Of a stretch of 64,000 nucleotides of DNA, positions 11,703-24,620 are shown piece by piece. The stretch is taken from the NCBI GenBank assembly GCA_973895155.1, contig OZ316892.1, forward strand, positions 1,491,223 to 1,555,222, written 5' to 3'. The stretch's first letter is position 1. Each line of letters begins with the position of its first letter. Position numbers and translations under genes: made by a program. Source of the DNA: Marsupella aquatica. Its lineage: Eukaryota > Plantae > Marchantiophyta. Under the pieces are notes generated by a model. The model did not search any database. It was not told the origin of the DNA and saw only the letters and a list, made by a program, of their open reading frames with translations.

Positions 11703-13088
11703 CTATTTTCCTTTAGCACGTTCTTCCAAAGGCTCCACAGACTTTTTTTTCTCCTCCACCATAGAATCCCATAGAGACCCTACTTCTGCAGTAAAAGCAG
11801 AGATCAAAACATGATCATTCCAACCTGATTTCCTTCTTACAAACTCTGCCAGCCTTTTCTTCTCTGTCTTTGAGGATCCTACTGACGAAAGATCCCCAAA
11901 CACAGTGTAGACATCTGCTTCATGCTCACCATTATCCCCATAAGCTGCAGCAATGGCTGAGTTATGATGTTCAGCCATTCTCTTCTCCACTAGTACCTTC
12001 ATGCCACCTTTGTTGGCATTGACTAGAATAAGTTCACCCGAATCGTGGTAGACAAGCTTTCTTATGCCATCATGCTCAACAAACTTAACCATTCTCTCTT
12101 TTAGAGCAGCAGACAGCTCAACACACTCTCTTCTAGAGTGCTCTTTGCTATCACACCAGATGCAATTCCAGTTTCTTGGTCCTCCGATAGAACTCCCTGC
12201 TCCTCCACTACCTCTTGATGGTGGTCTCGATGTGTTGCCTCCAATTTGTCCCAAAGCTTGGATGGCAAGAATGGTAAGATTCTTCATGAGTTCAGACAAC
12301 TCATCCATCTTGTCCACACTCTTCTCACCCCTACCGGTTGTTGATTCCATCTTCTCCACTCTCCTTATAGAAGTCACAAGTGCTATTGTGTCCAGAACAC
12401 CTTCATGATGGAGTTTCTTCCTTCTGTGCTTTTGACTGACTCTTAGCACAGCAGTCTCAACCTCCTCCCAAGTTGGCTGATTAGCTCCACGACTCGGGTT
12501 CAGTAGTTCAAGAGCAAGCTCTAACTCATCCTGAAGCTTCTCATCAGCAGCCCGGATGAGTAGAGTAGCCTTCTGGACCTTGATAACTTCAGATCCTATC
12601 TCAAGAAGTTGATTGAACTTCTTGACAAACTCCCTCATCAACTCTTGAGGTCCCAACTTCTTACTTCTGTCAGTCACCCAATCAAGGAAAGATGTCTGGG
12701 TGACCCTATCTGGATCTTCCAGCTGAAATTCTTCTTTCATTCTCAGCTCAAAAATATTCCATGCCTTTTCTCCATTAGCTCCCTCTGTCAAGCAAACAAC
12801 AATTTCCTTGAGGTCAGGTTCCGTCAAAGATACAAAATCCTTGACTGCTATCTCACCATCAATCTTATGAATTGTAGCCTCTGTCCAGTATCCCTTTAGA
12901 TACTTTGTCATATTTCGCCCATCAAATTCTCCTTGCTTAGTAAGAACCGAATGCAAGTACTTTGTGGTCCTTCCAAGAAACTCCTTCTTCTTGTTCACTT
13001 TTATCTCCTTCTCCTTCATTCCATGTAAGTATGCAGCAACCAAAGATGAAAATCTCTCCATGTCAGTTGAATTAATCTCAGTTCCCAT
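11703..13088 (-). CDS. gag: Retrotransposon Gag (461 aa) with CCHC zinc knuckle
   Basis: FDGRNMTKYL capsid-like segment; CIWCDSKEHSRREC = CX2CX4HX4C; starts just downstream of the PBS. Confidence 0.85.
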   Translation of the reverse strand: MGTEINSTDMERFSSLVAAYLHGMKEKEIKVNKKKEFLGRTTKYLHSVLTKQGEFDGRNMTKYLKGYWTEATIHKIDGEIAVKDFVSLTEPDLKEIVVCLTEGANGEKAWNIFELRMKEEFQLEDPDRVTQTSFLDWVTDRSKKLGPQELMREFVKKFNQLLEIGSEVIKVQKATLLIRAADEKLQDELELALELLNPSRGANQPTWEEVETAVLRVSQKHRRKKLHHEGVLDTIALVTSIRRVEKMESTTGRGEKSVDKMDELSELMKNLTILAIQALGQIGGNTSRPPSRGSGGAGSSIGGPRNWNCIWCDSKEHSRRECVELSAALKERMVKFVEHDGIRKLVYHDSGELILVNANKGGMKVLVEKRMAEHHNSAIAAAYGDNGEHEADVYTVFGDLSSVGSSKTEKKRLAEFVRRKSGWNDHVLISAFTAEVGSLWDSMVEEKKKSVEPLEERAKGK

Positions 13089-13213
13089 GATTGCAATTCT
13101 TCCCTCTTGACTAATGATATATTGAAACTCAAAGACTCATAGTTCCAAAAGTCATATCACTCTTCTTCAACTAGAACTTAGACTTGCACAAGCTAACTCC
13201 AAAATCCAACGGT

Positions 13214-13231
13214 TCCCCAGTATGGTCGCCA
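13214..13231 (-). promoter_or_regulatory. Primer-binding site (tRNA-Arg-like)
   Basis: TGGCGACCATACTGGGGA resembles the TGGCGACTCCGCTGGGGA tRNA-Arg PBS of Tat/Ogre-type elements. Confidence 0.7.
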
Positions 13232-13235
13232 CTTA

Positions 13236-14330
13236 TGTCCGGGTGACCGTATTTTCTGGTAAGAGCATGTTGGCTCTTATGAAGTCAACCTTGCATGCTC
13301 ATAAGTTTTACACTAAAACCAAAATGATAACTCTTGTAAGAAGGGTGGTGGGTGTTAAGAAAGGTTCAGGTGAAACTAATATACTATTAAATCCTACTTC
13401 ACCATACTTGCGGATCAATACCATCTCGAAAACTAATTTTTCTACGACATACAATCCTAATATCTCCAAGAGAAAATGAGATAGGAATGTCATCTGGACT
13501 CCTATTTAGATACATGACTTCAATAAAGGACAAAGATAATGTACTCCGACTCCTCTCGGTAAGACACTATTGGGTATACTATTGGCTCATTAGAACTCAT
13601 AACAACAGCTGCAAATTGAACTCCAAAATGATAAGTTAAATGCTGCCTCATGGATGGCTTGTCTAAAAGATGGACTCTAACCAAAAATGGATTATGAATG
13701 GGAAGATTAGGGATATCTCTCCCTCCTGGATTCATAATGACTCTTTTGTTTCTTTGCTATCCAGGCCAAAGAATGCCCCACCCCTAAGTTCCTAAATAGA
13801 TCTTGTTCCCTAAGGTCCCATGTATAAGTCTACCACTCATTCCTTTGCTATCCGAGCCAAAGGATGCCCCACTACTATGTACATAAGGCAAAGAATAGAA
13901 GAGAAAGATGAGAGAAGAAAAGAAGATCGTTTCGACGCAGAAATTATCAAAATGTGGGAATGAGGAGAGAGTGCCCCTCACCACTTCATTTATATTGAAT
14001 CCAAGAGGGCATGGATTACGCCCAAATGTTTGGATGAAAGCCAAGTGGCACACATCCAACGTAGGAATGTGTGCTAGTACTATTGTAATCAAAACAAATA
14101 ATGCATGCAAGTAAAACAACTAATGCATGCACCTAAAATAATTTGTGCATGCATGCACCTTGTGACTTGCACATTTGCTCACCTTGCATGCACATAAAAT
14201 GACTATTGCATGCAAATAAAACAATTTGCACATGCATCCAAACAATTTGTGCATACATCTTGTGGTTTGCATAGTTGCTTACTTTGCATGCACATACATA
14301 ATAGTCAAATTATTTAGTTACCCCGTAACA
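13236..14330 (-). repeat. 5' LTR (~1.1 kb) of the Gypsy element
   Basis: TGT...ACA inverted termini; its end lies 4 nt upstream of the PBS. Confidence 0.7.
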
Positions 14331-14979
14331 ATATATAAAGCTAACCTATATACTTACTTATATACTTAGTGGTAATAATTTCATCATGAATAATTGAATT
14401 ATCACGACACCGGGCACGATCGACTTGCAGTGGCACTACTTCGACCATATCCCCACTTAAGTCCGGACTATCATCAACAGCGAGTTCAACACTACCCGGT
14501 CGACAGGGCCGTCTACACTTGCTTTGGAAAACCTCCATCGGTACTTGCAGAACTTCATGGCAACTCTACCATCAACGACCAGTGCCGGCCAACCCGTGCC
14601 CATACCCGCACCTACACCTCCTCGGCCTCAGCCGAACCGGTCCCCGCCACCGGTCCCACCACCTCTCCGAGTATGATCCATGGTGAATGCGGTGAATATT
14701 AGCTCCAAAGACGAAGAGGCTCACCCTCCTCTGAATTGACGGCCGCGGAGTACGAACAACCCAACATCACTCCGGCAAGCCCGAGGGGATAACACGCTAA
14801 ATCTAGCAGCCCCGGCACCAATACTCATGACAGTCGCGCTACCACCACCTGACCGAGAGGAAGGAGAGATGTTCCTTCTTCTAGTCACCCCGGGAATCAG
14901 TCTTGGGGTAGGAAGAGGAAGGAGCCTGCAGCCGTATCCGGGTTGCCGTTGGCCACGGTTGCGGTAGCCAAGTTGACCA

Positions 14980-16600
14980 TGCATCGCATGGGGGACAATG
15001 TTCAAAAGAACATCCTCCACCCCAAGCATGCATGCTATCTGAAGACCCAAGGGTTTGAGCACCTCGCCTCTCTCCCTTGGAATGGAAGCAGGTACTACGG
15101 GCAGGATATGACGGAGTTCATTCAGAACTTCAACGAGGCTCGTCAACAAACCTGAGCGCATGGGAGAGTGATGTGTCTCAATGAGGCACGTCTGACGATG
15201 ATTTTTGGCTTACCCGAGGGGATAAACCGAATAGAGTCACGGGCTCCTAGGGGCAAGGGAGCTAAATACCAGTCCTCTAGCTTCCCGGCCGAGGGGGTAG
15301 TGGACAATGGGTTCTTAATGAGGACGTGCCTCATCCCAGAAGTAGCAGAACGCCTGGAGTTCCAGCGGTATGCCCTCCATATGATGGAACCCAAAGGCAA
15401 AATATCGGCCACCCAGGTCATTCAGGTGGAGAACTATCGGCCTAGGAAGTGGGCATCCTTCTTCGTCAAGAAGTTCCACGAGGAGATGGGGCGGAGAAGA
15501 AAGACTTTGTATCTTGGCGGAAGGGCGTACTTCGCTAGCCACATCAAAATCATCATCAAGTGGTACGCTCGTTTTGACCGCCGCAGCCTCTCGCGTATCA
15601 ACGAGCCTGAGCTAACCCCGTCAAATGGGTGTTCCCAACCCAGGTGAGGCGACCACAGCCCGAGGCCCGAAGTCTGGCAACTGCAAGACCTGCTACCCGG
15701 GCCCCGGAACCCGCCGTTGCCACCCCGCCAAGCATACCCATAGATGTTATCGCGACCTTAGACGTGATCAATCGGGATAATGCAATCGAAGTCGGGCAGG
15801 ATGAAGCCATACCTGAAGCAGATACCACGGTGGCCAAGGAGATTTCACCACCCCTCGTGGTTGTGCAGGAGAACCGCTCATCCCCAGTGGAACCAGCCCC
15901 TTCGATCGACTTACCTCAAGGGCTGGATGTATCCATTCCTACTCCCACACGGGTTGGAGTCTGCCCGTGCCCAAATCCAGATGGACACAGTCTACACCAT
16001 CCGGAACTCTTTGCGTCGGGCACATTTATGAACGGGTTGTTGGGAGATTTCTCTCAACAGATCTCTTGGGACATCGGGGAATACATGGCCCGGAGGGTGG
16101 CCTACTTCTTCAACCAGGAGTTGGTTGCGGCTGTAAGGGCAGGACATGCGCAGGCAGAGCCAACGCAGAGAATAGAGCGATATTGGGTTGAGTCTGCCTA
16201 CCTTAAGGACGAAGTGGCAACCCTGGAGGATGAACTCCAGCAACTACGGCCTCAGGTAATGGCCATGGAGGACCAAGTTGCCGAGGCTAGGGCCCAAGCA
16301 GCTTTAGCAGAACAGGCCGGGCTCGGAAAGGACGTCGAGATCGCACGGCTCCGGACCAAGATTGACGGTTTGAAGGGATAAGCCGTCAATTGGCAAAAGG
16401 ATCTGGAGGAAGCTGACTCTAGGTCTCAGCGGGACATAGCCAAGATTGACACCCTAAAGGCAGAGGTGGCGCGGCTTCAAGGAGAAGCCACGAAACAGGC
16501 CCAGTTGGTGGATAAGCTGACGAGCGACACCCAACAACTGGAGGAGGCATGCTAGGAGGCCCTAGAAGAGGTGGACGCGGCGAAGCGGGAGAATGAATCT
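14980..16600 (+). mobile_element. Degenerate transposon accessory ORF (globular N-terminus, Pro-rich linker, coiled-coil C-terminus)
   Basis: ORF fragments 14943-15155, 15168-15647 and 15629-16381 form one reading broken by stops and a frameshift; intronless; architecture parallels the other accessory ORFs. Confidence 0.45.
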
Positions 16601-17240
16601 CTACTGGACCGGTCCTACTACTCAAGCAGGACGCCGATAGACTTAGAAGGCAGTGGGATAGCCGCTCCCACTTAGGTGGCTCTGGCAAGCGTGCCAGGCA
16701 TTAGCGGCGGAGTAGGATTAAAATAGAGTTAGGAATAGCTAAATCAGGCAATAGGGACAAGCACCTGCCCTAGTTAAAGCAACACTGTCATGCTGTCCAG
16801 CCTGCATAGATTAGGATCTTCTAATAAGACAAGCCGTTTCCGGCCTGACAGCCAACTTAGTTAGGACCTTAGTTAGCGAATCTTTGGGCGCGAGGGCACT
16901 CCGTTCCTTGGCCCTTAGTATTTAGTGCACCCCTCGGTAGAGGCAAGGGGGGGGGGCTAGTCTCAGTGTTGGACATCCGCGGTATGTGCGGGGAGTCCTG
17001 ACCTCTGGGAGTGAAAGAGTACCAAGGGGAGGGCGTAGGACTAAGCTCGCTAGGCGAGTGCGGAGCCGGGCTCCATTGTAGTGTACACCCTCGGCCTTGG
17101 ACCTGTTCATTCTAGAGCTTTTGGGTCAACTAAGTGTACGCATATGTCTCCTATGTAGTAAAATCTTTTCCCATTATTTCCTTTGTATAAATCGAGATTG
17201 TATGCTTGTGCGTATGTATATGTGTGAATCTCGTGTATAG

Positions 17241-17582
17241 TGTTAGATATTGCTCGTCTTGTGACTCATGAGCTAACTACAGTTAGTCTAACTCGGGTTA
17301 GGACTTAGCTAATGTTAGTGGTAGTGTTGTTGTGTATATAGCCAAGGCTGATGCCAGACCCTAGAGGAACTTAGGCTCATTGTTACGGAGTTAGTTGAGA
17401 GATAGGGAGAGCTTGTGCTGTGGATGCTTGGTATGGCCGGTCGGCCTAGAGTGCAGTAAAGCTCTTGTGTGTTCTCGTGGACGTAGCCTCATGTGGAGGT
17501 GAACCACGTATTTCTTTGTGTCGATTATTGTGCGTTGGATGGTTCATGGGCTTGCTGTTACGAATGTCGTCTATGCTCAACA
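17241..17582 (+). mobile_element. Solo LTR (342 bp), same family as 63202-63545
   Basis: TGTTAG...CTCAACA termini; near-perfect TSD TATAG/TGTAG; highly similar to 63202-63545; contains the GGACGTAG...GAACCACGT motif common in Copia LTRs. Confidence 0.9.
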
Positions 17583-18969
17583 TGTAGGTGCCAACGCTTG
17601 GCCGAACGCACTACCCAAGTTGTGCACGGGGTGCAACTTGCGGGTAAGTGGTTGCGAGCCCGGGTTGAGTACCCATATCATCGAATCCGGATCGAAGGCG
17701 GACAATACAAAGGCTTCGAAGCCCTTAAGCCGGGGTTGATCCTGCTATCGATGGAGGTATGTTCCGGCAGCGAAACACAAACCATACCTAGGAGGTGTCC
17801 GTATATGACAATAGGCGCACTTAGCGCTAGGTTACGTGAGTTAGGTGCACTCCGTGCCTCCCTCCCTGCCCAAACCCTCATTTTGACGAAGGATGTGCCT
17901 GTCTAAGCCAAAGCCCGGGTTAAGGCCTAGGCTGACGACGTGACATAGATAGGCCGACTCATCATCCACGGGTCCATCAACTTTTGCAATTATCCTAGGA
18001 CGTAAAAACACCAGAGTTAGTTTTAAGTATTGGCAAGCCCATCAACTACATAATTTTTATGGCATGCCTTTCAGATACAATGATAGGATTGTCATCATAG
18101 TTTCTAGCATAAGAAACTCAGACTGCCTAAACCAAGGATGACATAAGAATTGATGAGATTGATGAACACATGATAAGTTAATTCCAAAATGAGTGTTGGA
18201 TCAACACCATACACTTTTTACAAAATGACCTATCCATGAGGTCGTGTAAGCCTAAGTTCCATCTAGACCATAAAACGCTGCACCTAATGACATACCTAGG
18301 GACCGTCATTAAGTCCTAACACAAAGGGGTCAGTGTTCCAAAGTTGGCACACTTTCCACCAACGCTTTTTAGCAAAGACATCATTTTCCTTCACATCTGC
18401 ATCAGGATCTACATCGCATGAAGGACATTTTGCATCTAAAGCATGGATGCAACCTGCAGCAACAGTGTACTATACGCCTTCTACCTCACGCGTGAAAAGA
18501 ATGGACACAGGGTTCATATACTTTTCCCACATAGACATCCGTCTCATCCTAGGGGGAGGAGCAGCCCCAAAAAGGATGGTAACAGGTAACTCTGTTCGAA
18601 ACAACCTTAAGGCCTTCAATTTACAACAAAGCCTTACTGCCTTCTCGTAAAGAAGACCTATTGATTGGCTTCGGGTGATTACCATTGTTGCACCCCTATG
18701 TTACCTTGGCGACAGAAGACTCTTGACTCTAAACTTCAATCACAACTTGCATAGCGCCTAGTCCAGTCAGCTACCTGCACGCAAAAGATATATTTGAGTG
18801 AGGGGGCCACTTATGGTTGAAACCCTCAACTATTTTTAACTATTCCCTGAGGGGAGCCCTGGATAGTTCTGCTTCTCCTGATCATGAATCCGTAAACAGC
18901 TCCACAAACAGACATCGAGCGATCAAGTTACGGATGTTTGAGCCCGTAATACGGCCGAGCTCATAACTC

Positions 18970-19250
18970 GGGGGGTTGACTATCAAAAATCTTAGGAACT
19001 ACGTACAATCCAAAATAGGTATTTTTGGCAGATTTTAACTAAATTTTTAAAAAACGTAGGAGGCAAAAGAAGGTATTATAAACTCATGTTTATAGAATAT
19101 TTTTTAATATATACCCTTTATAAAGTAAAATAGGTTATTAATATTGAAAATAAAGAATATTCTTGGAATATTTTCTTTATAAAATAGGTCTATTTATATT
19201 AGGCTATGATCACACGTGGTACCCCAAAATATACACTTAGTTAACCCCCC
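18970..19250 (+). mobile_element. MITE-like element, copy 1
   Basis: Terminal inverted repeat GGGGTTGACTA...TAGTTAACCCC, AT-rich interior; a diverged inverted copy lies at 39496-39806. Confidence 0.7.
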
Positions 19251-19577
19251 AAGGCTCATAACTCCTTCATCCTAACTCCGTTCCGGGCGTGCCACACCTT
19301 GCCAGAATCAACTTTGTGAGCTCCTTTCAACCCGCTCGTGATTCCCTTCATCCAAGGTGTTGTATAACTCAAAATCTGTAGGACCAATGTTTGTACGCCC
19401 CACTAGTCTTCTTCCGACTTACTCACGGAACCGGGACTCCACCCCCTAGAATCCTCACTGCCAACGCCTTCCACTGATGTGGGTGTAACACCTACTATCC
19501 TCCTTACCGGAGGAGTCCTTCCTGGGGTTTGGCCGGAGGCTCCCCGTCTTCTCAATGCCGCCAAAGCTTGCCACGCC

Positions 19578-22110
19578 CTAACATAACCCTGGCTGATCGT
19601 GTCCGTCCATAGAGCAGCCTCCTCTCCTCCCTGCAATTCCAAGGGTAAGACCTGACCGGTAGCCAAAGGGGTTCTGACTTGGGTTTGCAATCCTGGGTGG
19701 CATATCAAACATTCCCGCTATTCCATGACTAGGTGAGATCTCCGCCCATAATGATGGGGACATGGTGGCTCTGTGACTCCCTTGGGTCTCCCGTAACAAC
19801 TTACGGGACTCCCGTAGCTTCTTCTCCAATATCTTACACTTCTTCTTGTTTTTCTTTGCTGAATCCAACATTGGTCTGTACTTCTGAGTCACCTCCGTTA
19901 CCACCATCTCTATAGCCTTAGAGACCAAATCAGGGGGGAGAGTGGGGCTAGGTGAGGATGGGCTTTTCCTCTTCCCCAACCTCAACATATCATTTCTCTT
20001 GGCCCTCACTAGTACATATTTAGCTAATTTCTAATGCTCAATTTTTGCAAACAATCGGCGTCCGATTCTTTTAGAATCGGAAATTCCCATTATCACAAAA
20101 TGGCAATATGCCATACTCTTGGCTTTGGATATCTTCATTTCCGATGTAATTAACAACGGAACCTTTTCGATGCGGTAAAAAACGGATCATATCCGTTACA
20201 AAATACATCGGATCCCCTAACAAAAAATTTGATTGATATGTCCGATGTTTTTTGTAACGGAAATGATGTGCGTTTCAATATTGATCGGAAAAGTTCCGTA
20301 GTTGATAAGAACGGATATTATATCCGATTGTGGTAAAATGGCAAAGTCCGATGTTGAGAGAATGGGAAAGTCCGATGCTGAGAGAATGGGAAAGTCCGAT
20401 GCTAGGAGAATGGAAAAGTCCGATGCTAGTAGAATGGGAAAGTCCAATGCTGGGAGAATGGGAAATTTTCATTTTGGCAAAACGACAAATTCCTATTGTG
20501 TTAGATGGGGCATGTAGTTGCACCGACATACTCTTCCTAGAAAAGACGATACAATCATTCTTGCATGTTTGAATGACTTCATACTTGAGGCAAATGGACT
20601 TAATTGAATGTTGTTCTTGCCTCCTTCCAAGACCCCAAAATATTGTTCCCTTTTGGCAATATTTGCTCAACATGCAAAATCAAAATTTATCATCTAAAAG
20701 GAGATTGCTTGTCCCATGTAGTCTTTGTTGCAAGTCCAACAACAACATAGTTGATGAAAGATGAGACAATCGGGAGCTGCCCTTGACGTCGAGGCTTTGT
20801 AAGGACCAAAATATTAATCTTCCATAACTAATAAACTATAATGATCTCATGTCAAGTTGGATGGAGGAGGGCTTTACTATTCACGAATGACCCCAAATTT
20901 CTATTGATTGCTCCAAGGGAGTGTAAGAGGGTAATCGTAATTATAGATCACTCGATGCAAACATGCAATATCATGATAGAGCAAAACTGGGATTTATTAG
21001 TCTAATGCCACACTTTTGTGACATAATCACTACATTGCCACTCTTTTTCTTGTATTTATCACTCTGCCTCTCGTTTGAGTCATTGGTTAAGAAAAGTAAC
21101 TCAGGTTAACTACCTAAGATCCATCGTTGAGATTTCTTTTGGTCTTCCCATTGGATGGTCGTCGCTTCCCTCACAGTTACATTTTGAACCCTTAGTATAG
21201 TTTGCGGAGGGGTGGGTCGGCTAATCCATTTCTCCTCCCCTCCATTTCTCTATCACCATAGACGAGGCTCCACCCTTGCTCTTTGCTCCACCCTTGCCGC
21301 TATCGTTGTGTCCTCATTTCCCCGGCCCGGGCTGTGTTGTCGCTGACCCTAGCTGCCTCTAGCTTGGCTGGGGCTGCATTGTTGCATATTTCCTGTTGGC
21401 CTCTCCCGACTCTGCCCAGCTTAGGTCCAAATTATGGGTCTTAATAAATTTAGAAGTGTATAAAATCCCTAAACACTCCAAGTCAAACAATAAAAGTGTT
21501 AAGCTTGCATGTACATTGTGAGGGATAAGAACCACAAAGTTAAACTCATGTTGGAGGAATAGCAATTGGGATGGGTGACCACTTAGTTGAGGAATGAAGA
21601 GTTGAAATGTCAAAGGAGATGGGCACCTCGCTCATGGTTGCAAAATGAAAGTAAATATACAAAGGAAGAGATGGGTGACTTGAGCACCCCGCGTCCGCTT
21701 CAATGTGTATCCCATTTTCATTGTTTTGCTCTTTCCCATTCTCCCAGCATTGGACTTTCCCATTCTCCCAACATCGGACTTTCCCATTCTCTTAGCATCG
21801 GACTTTCCCATTCTCTTAGCATCAGACTTTCCGATTTAAGTCCAATTGTCGATATCCGATACTTTTATCATGGCATGTTACGATGCTGGCAGAATCAGAT
21901 GTCTGGTTTTTTCATATTTTGTTTTACAAAGACGTCCGATGTGGAGAGAATCGGAAAAAGGAGATAAAATGTACTAGTGCCTGGTCTCAAGGAGCCCAAC
22001 CTGACCCCGTAACTCCACAACTTGTCGCTTCTGCCTCCCTATCTCACCGGTGCTCTGCTTGAGCTTGGCCAATTCTTCCCTCAAGGCTCCCTGTGATAAC
22101 ATGGTTAAGA
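19578..22110 (-). pseudogene. Coiled-coil, transposon-like ORF interrupted by the CACTA insertion
   Basis: Removing 20007-21979 plus one TSD copy joins ...GSLREELAKLKQ...GQVGLLETR to AKRNDMLRLGKRK... in frame. Confidence 0.5.
20007..21979. mobile_element. Non-autonomous CACTA (En/Spm) DNA transposon
   Basis: TIRs CACTAGTACAT...ATGTACTAGTG; 3-bp TSD CCT at 20004-20006 and 21980-21982; 24-bp subterminal repeat arrays in opposite orientation (~20340-20465 and ~21730-21835); transposase remnant LKYEVIQTCKNDCIVF on the minus strand at ~20540-20590. Confidence 0.92.
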
Positions 22111-23032
22111 AGAAAGGAATAAAGAAAGTGGAAAATTTTTTAAAAATTGCCTTTGAAGTGGGAAAGAAGAACCTTAAATGCTAAGCAAACTATTATTGAA
22201 AGTCTAACAACCATTCAAGAGACTAAGAGAAGGAAAGAGGCTCAACCGAAAGAAGGTATTTCTTGGTAAAGAGAAGGAAACCGGACCACGAACCGGAAGC
22301 CGTAAAATCGTCTCTGGACGCTATCAAGAAAATCTAACACCAAGTTCTTGAAGCCAAGGCTACGCTCTTCATCCTGGGGAAAACCCATAAGCATTGGACT
22401 CCTGAAAGTGAGCCGGAATCCCTCTTAAGGCCGAACCGGTTTTGCTCTTCTCACACCTCTCAAAGCTGAACAGAGTAAGTTTTGAGCTCCCGAGTGAATA
22501 GGCTTATCGAAGTAGTAGTGAAATGAGGCTCTTCCCTTCCGGTTGAGGATCTTGGGTCCGGATTATAGGACCATTCTAGTTTCTGTGAGAGAAAGGTATA
22601 AGAGAGCCTTGACAGACTCGTGTGAGGTGGCAGCCTACTCCTACGCTTGGAAGGAAGGTTGGGGATGTGGAGATTGGCGCTAAGGCCCCCTGTTTTGATA
22701 ATTGTCTACTTCCGGGGCTTGAGCCGGTTTCTGAACCGGAAACTAAATTGGTGGTGAACCGGTTTCCGCTATATCTCGCTTGTTGGACGTTCGTTTTTGC
22801 TGAAAGTGTGTTGAGATGGAGAAGGTTGGCTGATATACGCGATGGATTAATTATAGAGGCTATATTCACTTCTAGTTTCTACTTTCTGCCCTCACCGGTT
22901 CAAATCTATTTGCTACTCCAACTACCAGACAGTATGAAGAGTACCAAGAGCAGTCCTTCTTCCAAGACTCAGAGTGGGACTCTAGTAAAGCCTGAAGTAC
23001 AATGTTCGAAGAGGAAGTAGGCTCAGATCACC

Positions 23033-24620
23033 ATGAAGCCCTTGAGACCCCTCATTCCTACTGATGCAGCTGAGAAGGAACAGCTCCGTAAAGATCTTAC
23101 ACTAATGGGTTGTGCCTCCTTGATGGATCTTACTTGGGGATTTCTGAGTGAAGACATGGTGAGGGAAGTGCTGACAAGACTTCCTCCCACATAATTTCAG
23201 AAGACTGCACGAGCTCGACCAGAAGCCTGGACTAAGGCATTCATTGGAGAAGCTTTACAGCTTCCAGTGAAAGGGAATGGCTTCTGCCCCAAAGGAGAGA
23301 ATCTCACAGTGGAATACTTTGGTGGCAAGATGGATGCCAAAGAAGGATGGACCATCAACTAGTGTACTCACAAGGACCTCAGAAACATGATGGCATTCCT
23401 AGTCCCCCTCATCTATCCAGAGAAACCAAGGAGGGTGATTCTTAAAGTAGGAAGTACTATCATTGCTTCCTTCTTCAAAACCAGAGAGGTATCATGGGCC
23501 ACTATCTTCTCAAGTGTTCTAGAGAAGCAGGTCTCAGCCCTGTCCAACAGAGCCCCCACTGCTCTCTCTTGTTACTTGGTACATCTCTACTCTCATGACC
23601 AAACCTTATTTAAGCATGAGAAGAGTGCATTTGGCACCAAGAGCAGCTATGTGAAGTATGGAGTCTTGGATCCAGACATTCAGGAACTTACCAGAGTTTG
23701 AAGATGACCTAGAGCCGGAAGAGATCAACTTTGTAGGGCCAACCAGGAAGAGGAAGCTTGACAAAGCTGAACCGGCTTCTAACCCGGCTTCTGAACCGGT
23801 TCCTGACCCGGTTTCCTACCCGATGAGTGGCGCTACTACCTCTTCAGCCGGTCTTTCCCACTCTACCTTACACCATTTTTCTTGTTTATTCAAGGATCTT
23901 TTGGCCATCAAGACCAAGATGGGAATCATGGAACCAGTGCTCTCAAAGCTATCCCAGGTGACTGGTGTAGCTCCTGTTGACCTTGTGAAGAAAGTGGAGG
24001 ACCTGATGAAAGGAGATGATAACAAGGTCAAGATTGAGCAGCTAGAGAAGTCATTAGAGGAAGAGAAGAAGAAGAACTATCATCTTGAATAGTTGCTGCA
24101 CAAGGCAAAGGAGAAGACCATAGCTGAGCAACTACTCTTTGATAACATTTCCAGAGCTATGGATCACCTGGAACCCTTAGTAAAAACCAAGGGAGAGGAC
24201 CTGGTACAGACCCAACTATTCAGGCAGTACTTCATTGATGTACCCAATCCCCTTCTCATGCCCTTGGTTATCCAAATTGCACATGACTATGGTGACAAGG
24301 TGGAAGAATGTCTTTCTGCCCTCAAGCTTATCCTTGCTGAACTGAAGAAATTCTGTGACCTTTCTGATGAGGAGCAAACTCAATTTGCAGAGAAGGTCAC
24401 TGTTCCATCTCCACAGGTGACACCAGCAGAAGGATGGGCTGACTCTCCTGATCCTGATATCACTTCTACCACAGTTACACCCAATTTTCCACCCATTCCA
24501 ACCTCACCATTTACTACTACCTTTGGAGGTGTCACTTTCATGTCAAACCCTCTCAACTCCATTGACCCAACAGTAGACTCCACATCGGTGAAGCCTAACA
24601 CTTCAACTCCTGAAGAGTAA
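23033..24620 (+). mobile_element. Degenerate transposon accessory ORF, homologous to 1043-1987
   Basis: MKPLRPLIP...LMGCASLMDLTWG...RARPEAWT...YFGGK..KEGWT...FLVPLIYPEKP; internal stops and a frameshift; coiled-coil and Pro/Thr-rich tail. Confidence 0.6.

Larger units (their letters stand above)
10540..14330 (-). mobile_element. Truncated Ty3/Gypsy (non-chromovirus-like) LTR retrotransposon: 5' LTR, PBS, gag, protease
   Basis: LTR 14330-13236 (TGTTACGGGG...CCCGGACA), PBS at 13231-13214, gag 13088-11703, frameshifted linker, aspartic protease. No RT, RNase H or integrase follows. Confidence 0.85.

Noticed and set aside
20217-20673. ORFs with 8-aa repeats (SHSPSIGL, SDFPILLA)
   Set aside because: Translations of the CACTA 24-bp subterminal repeat.
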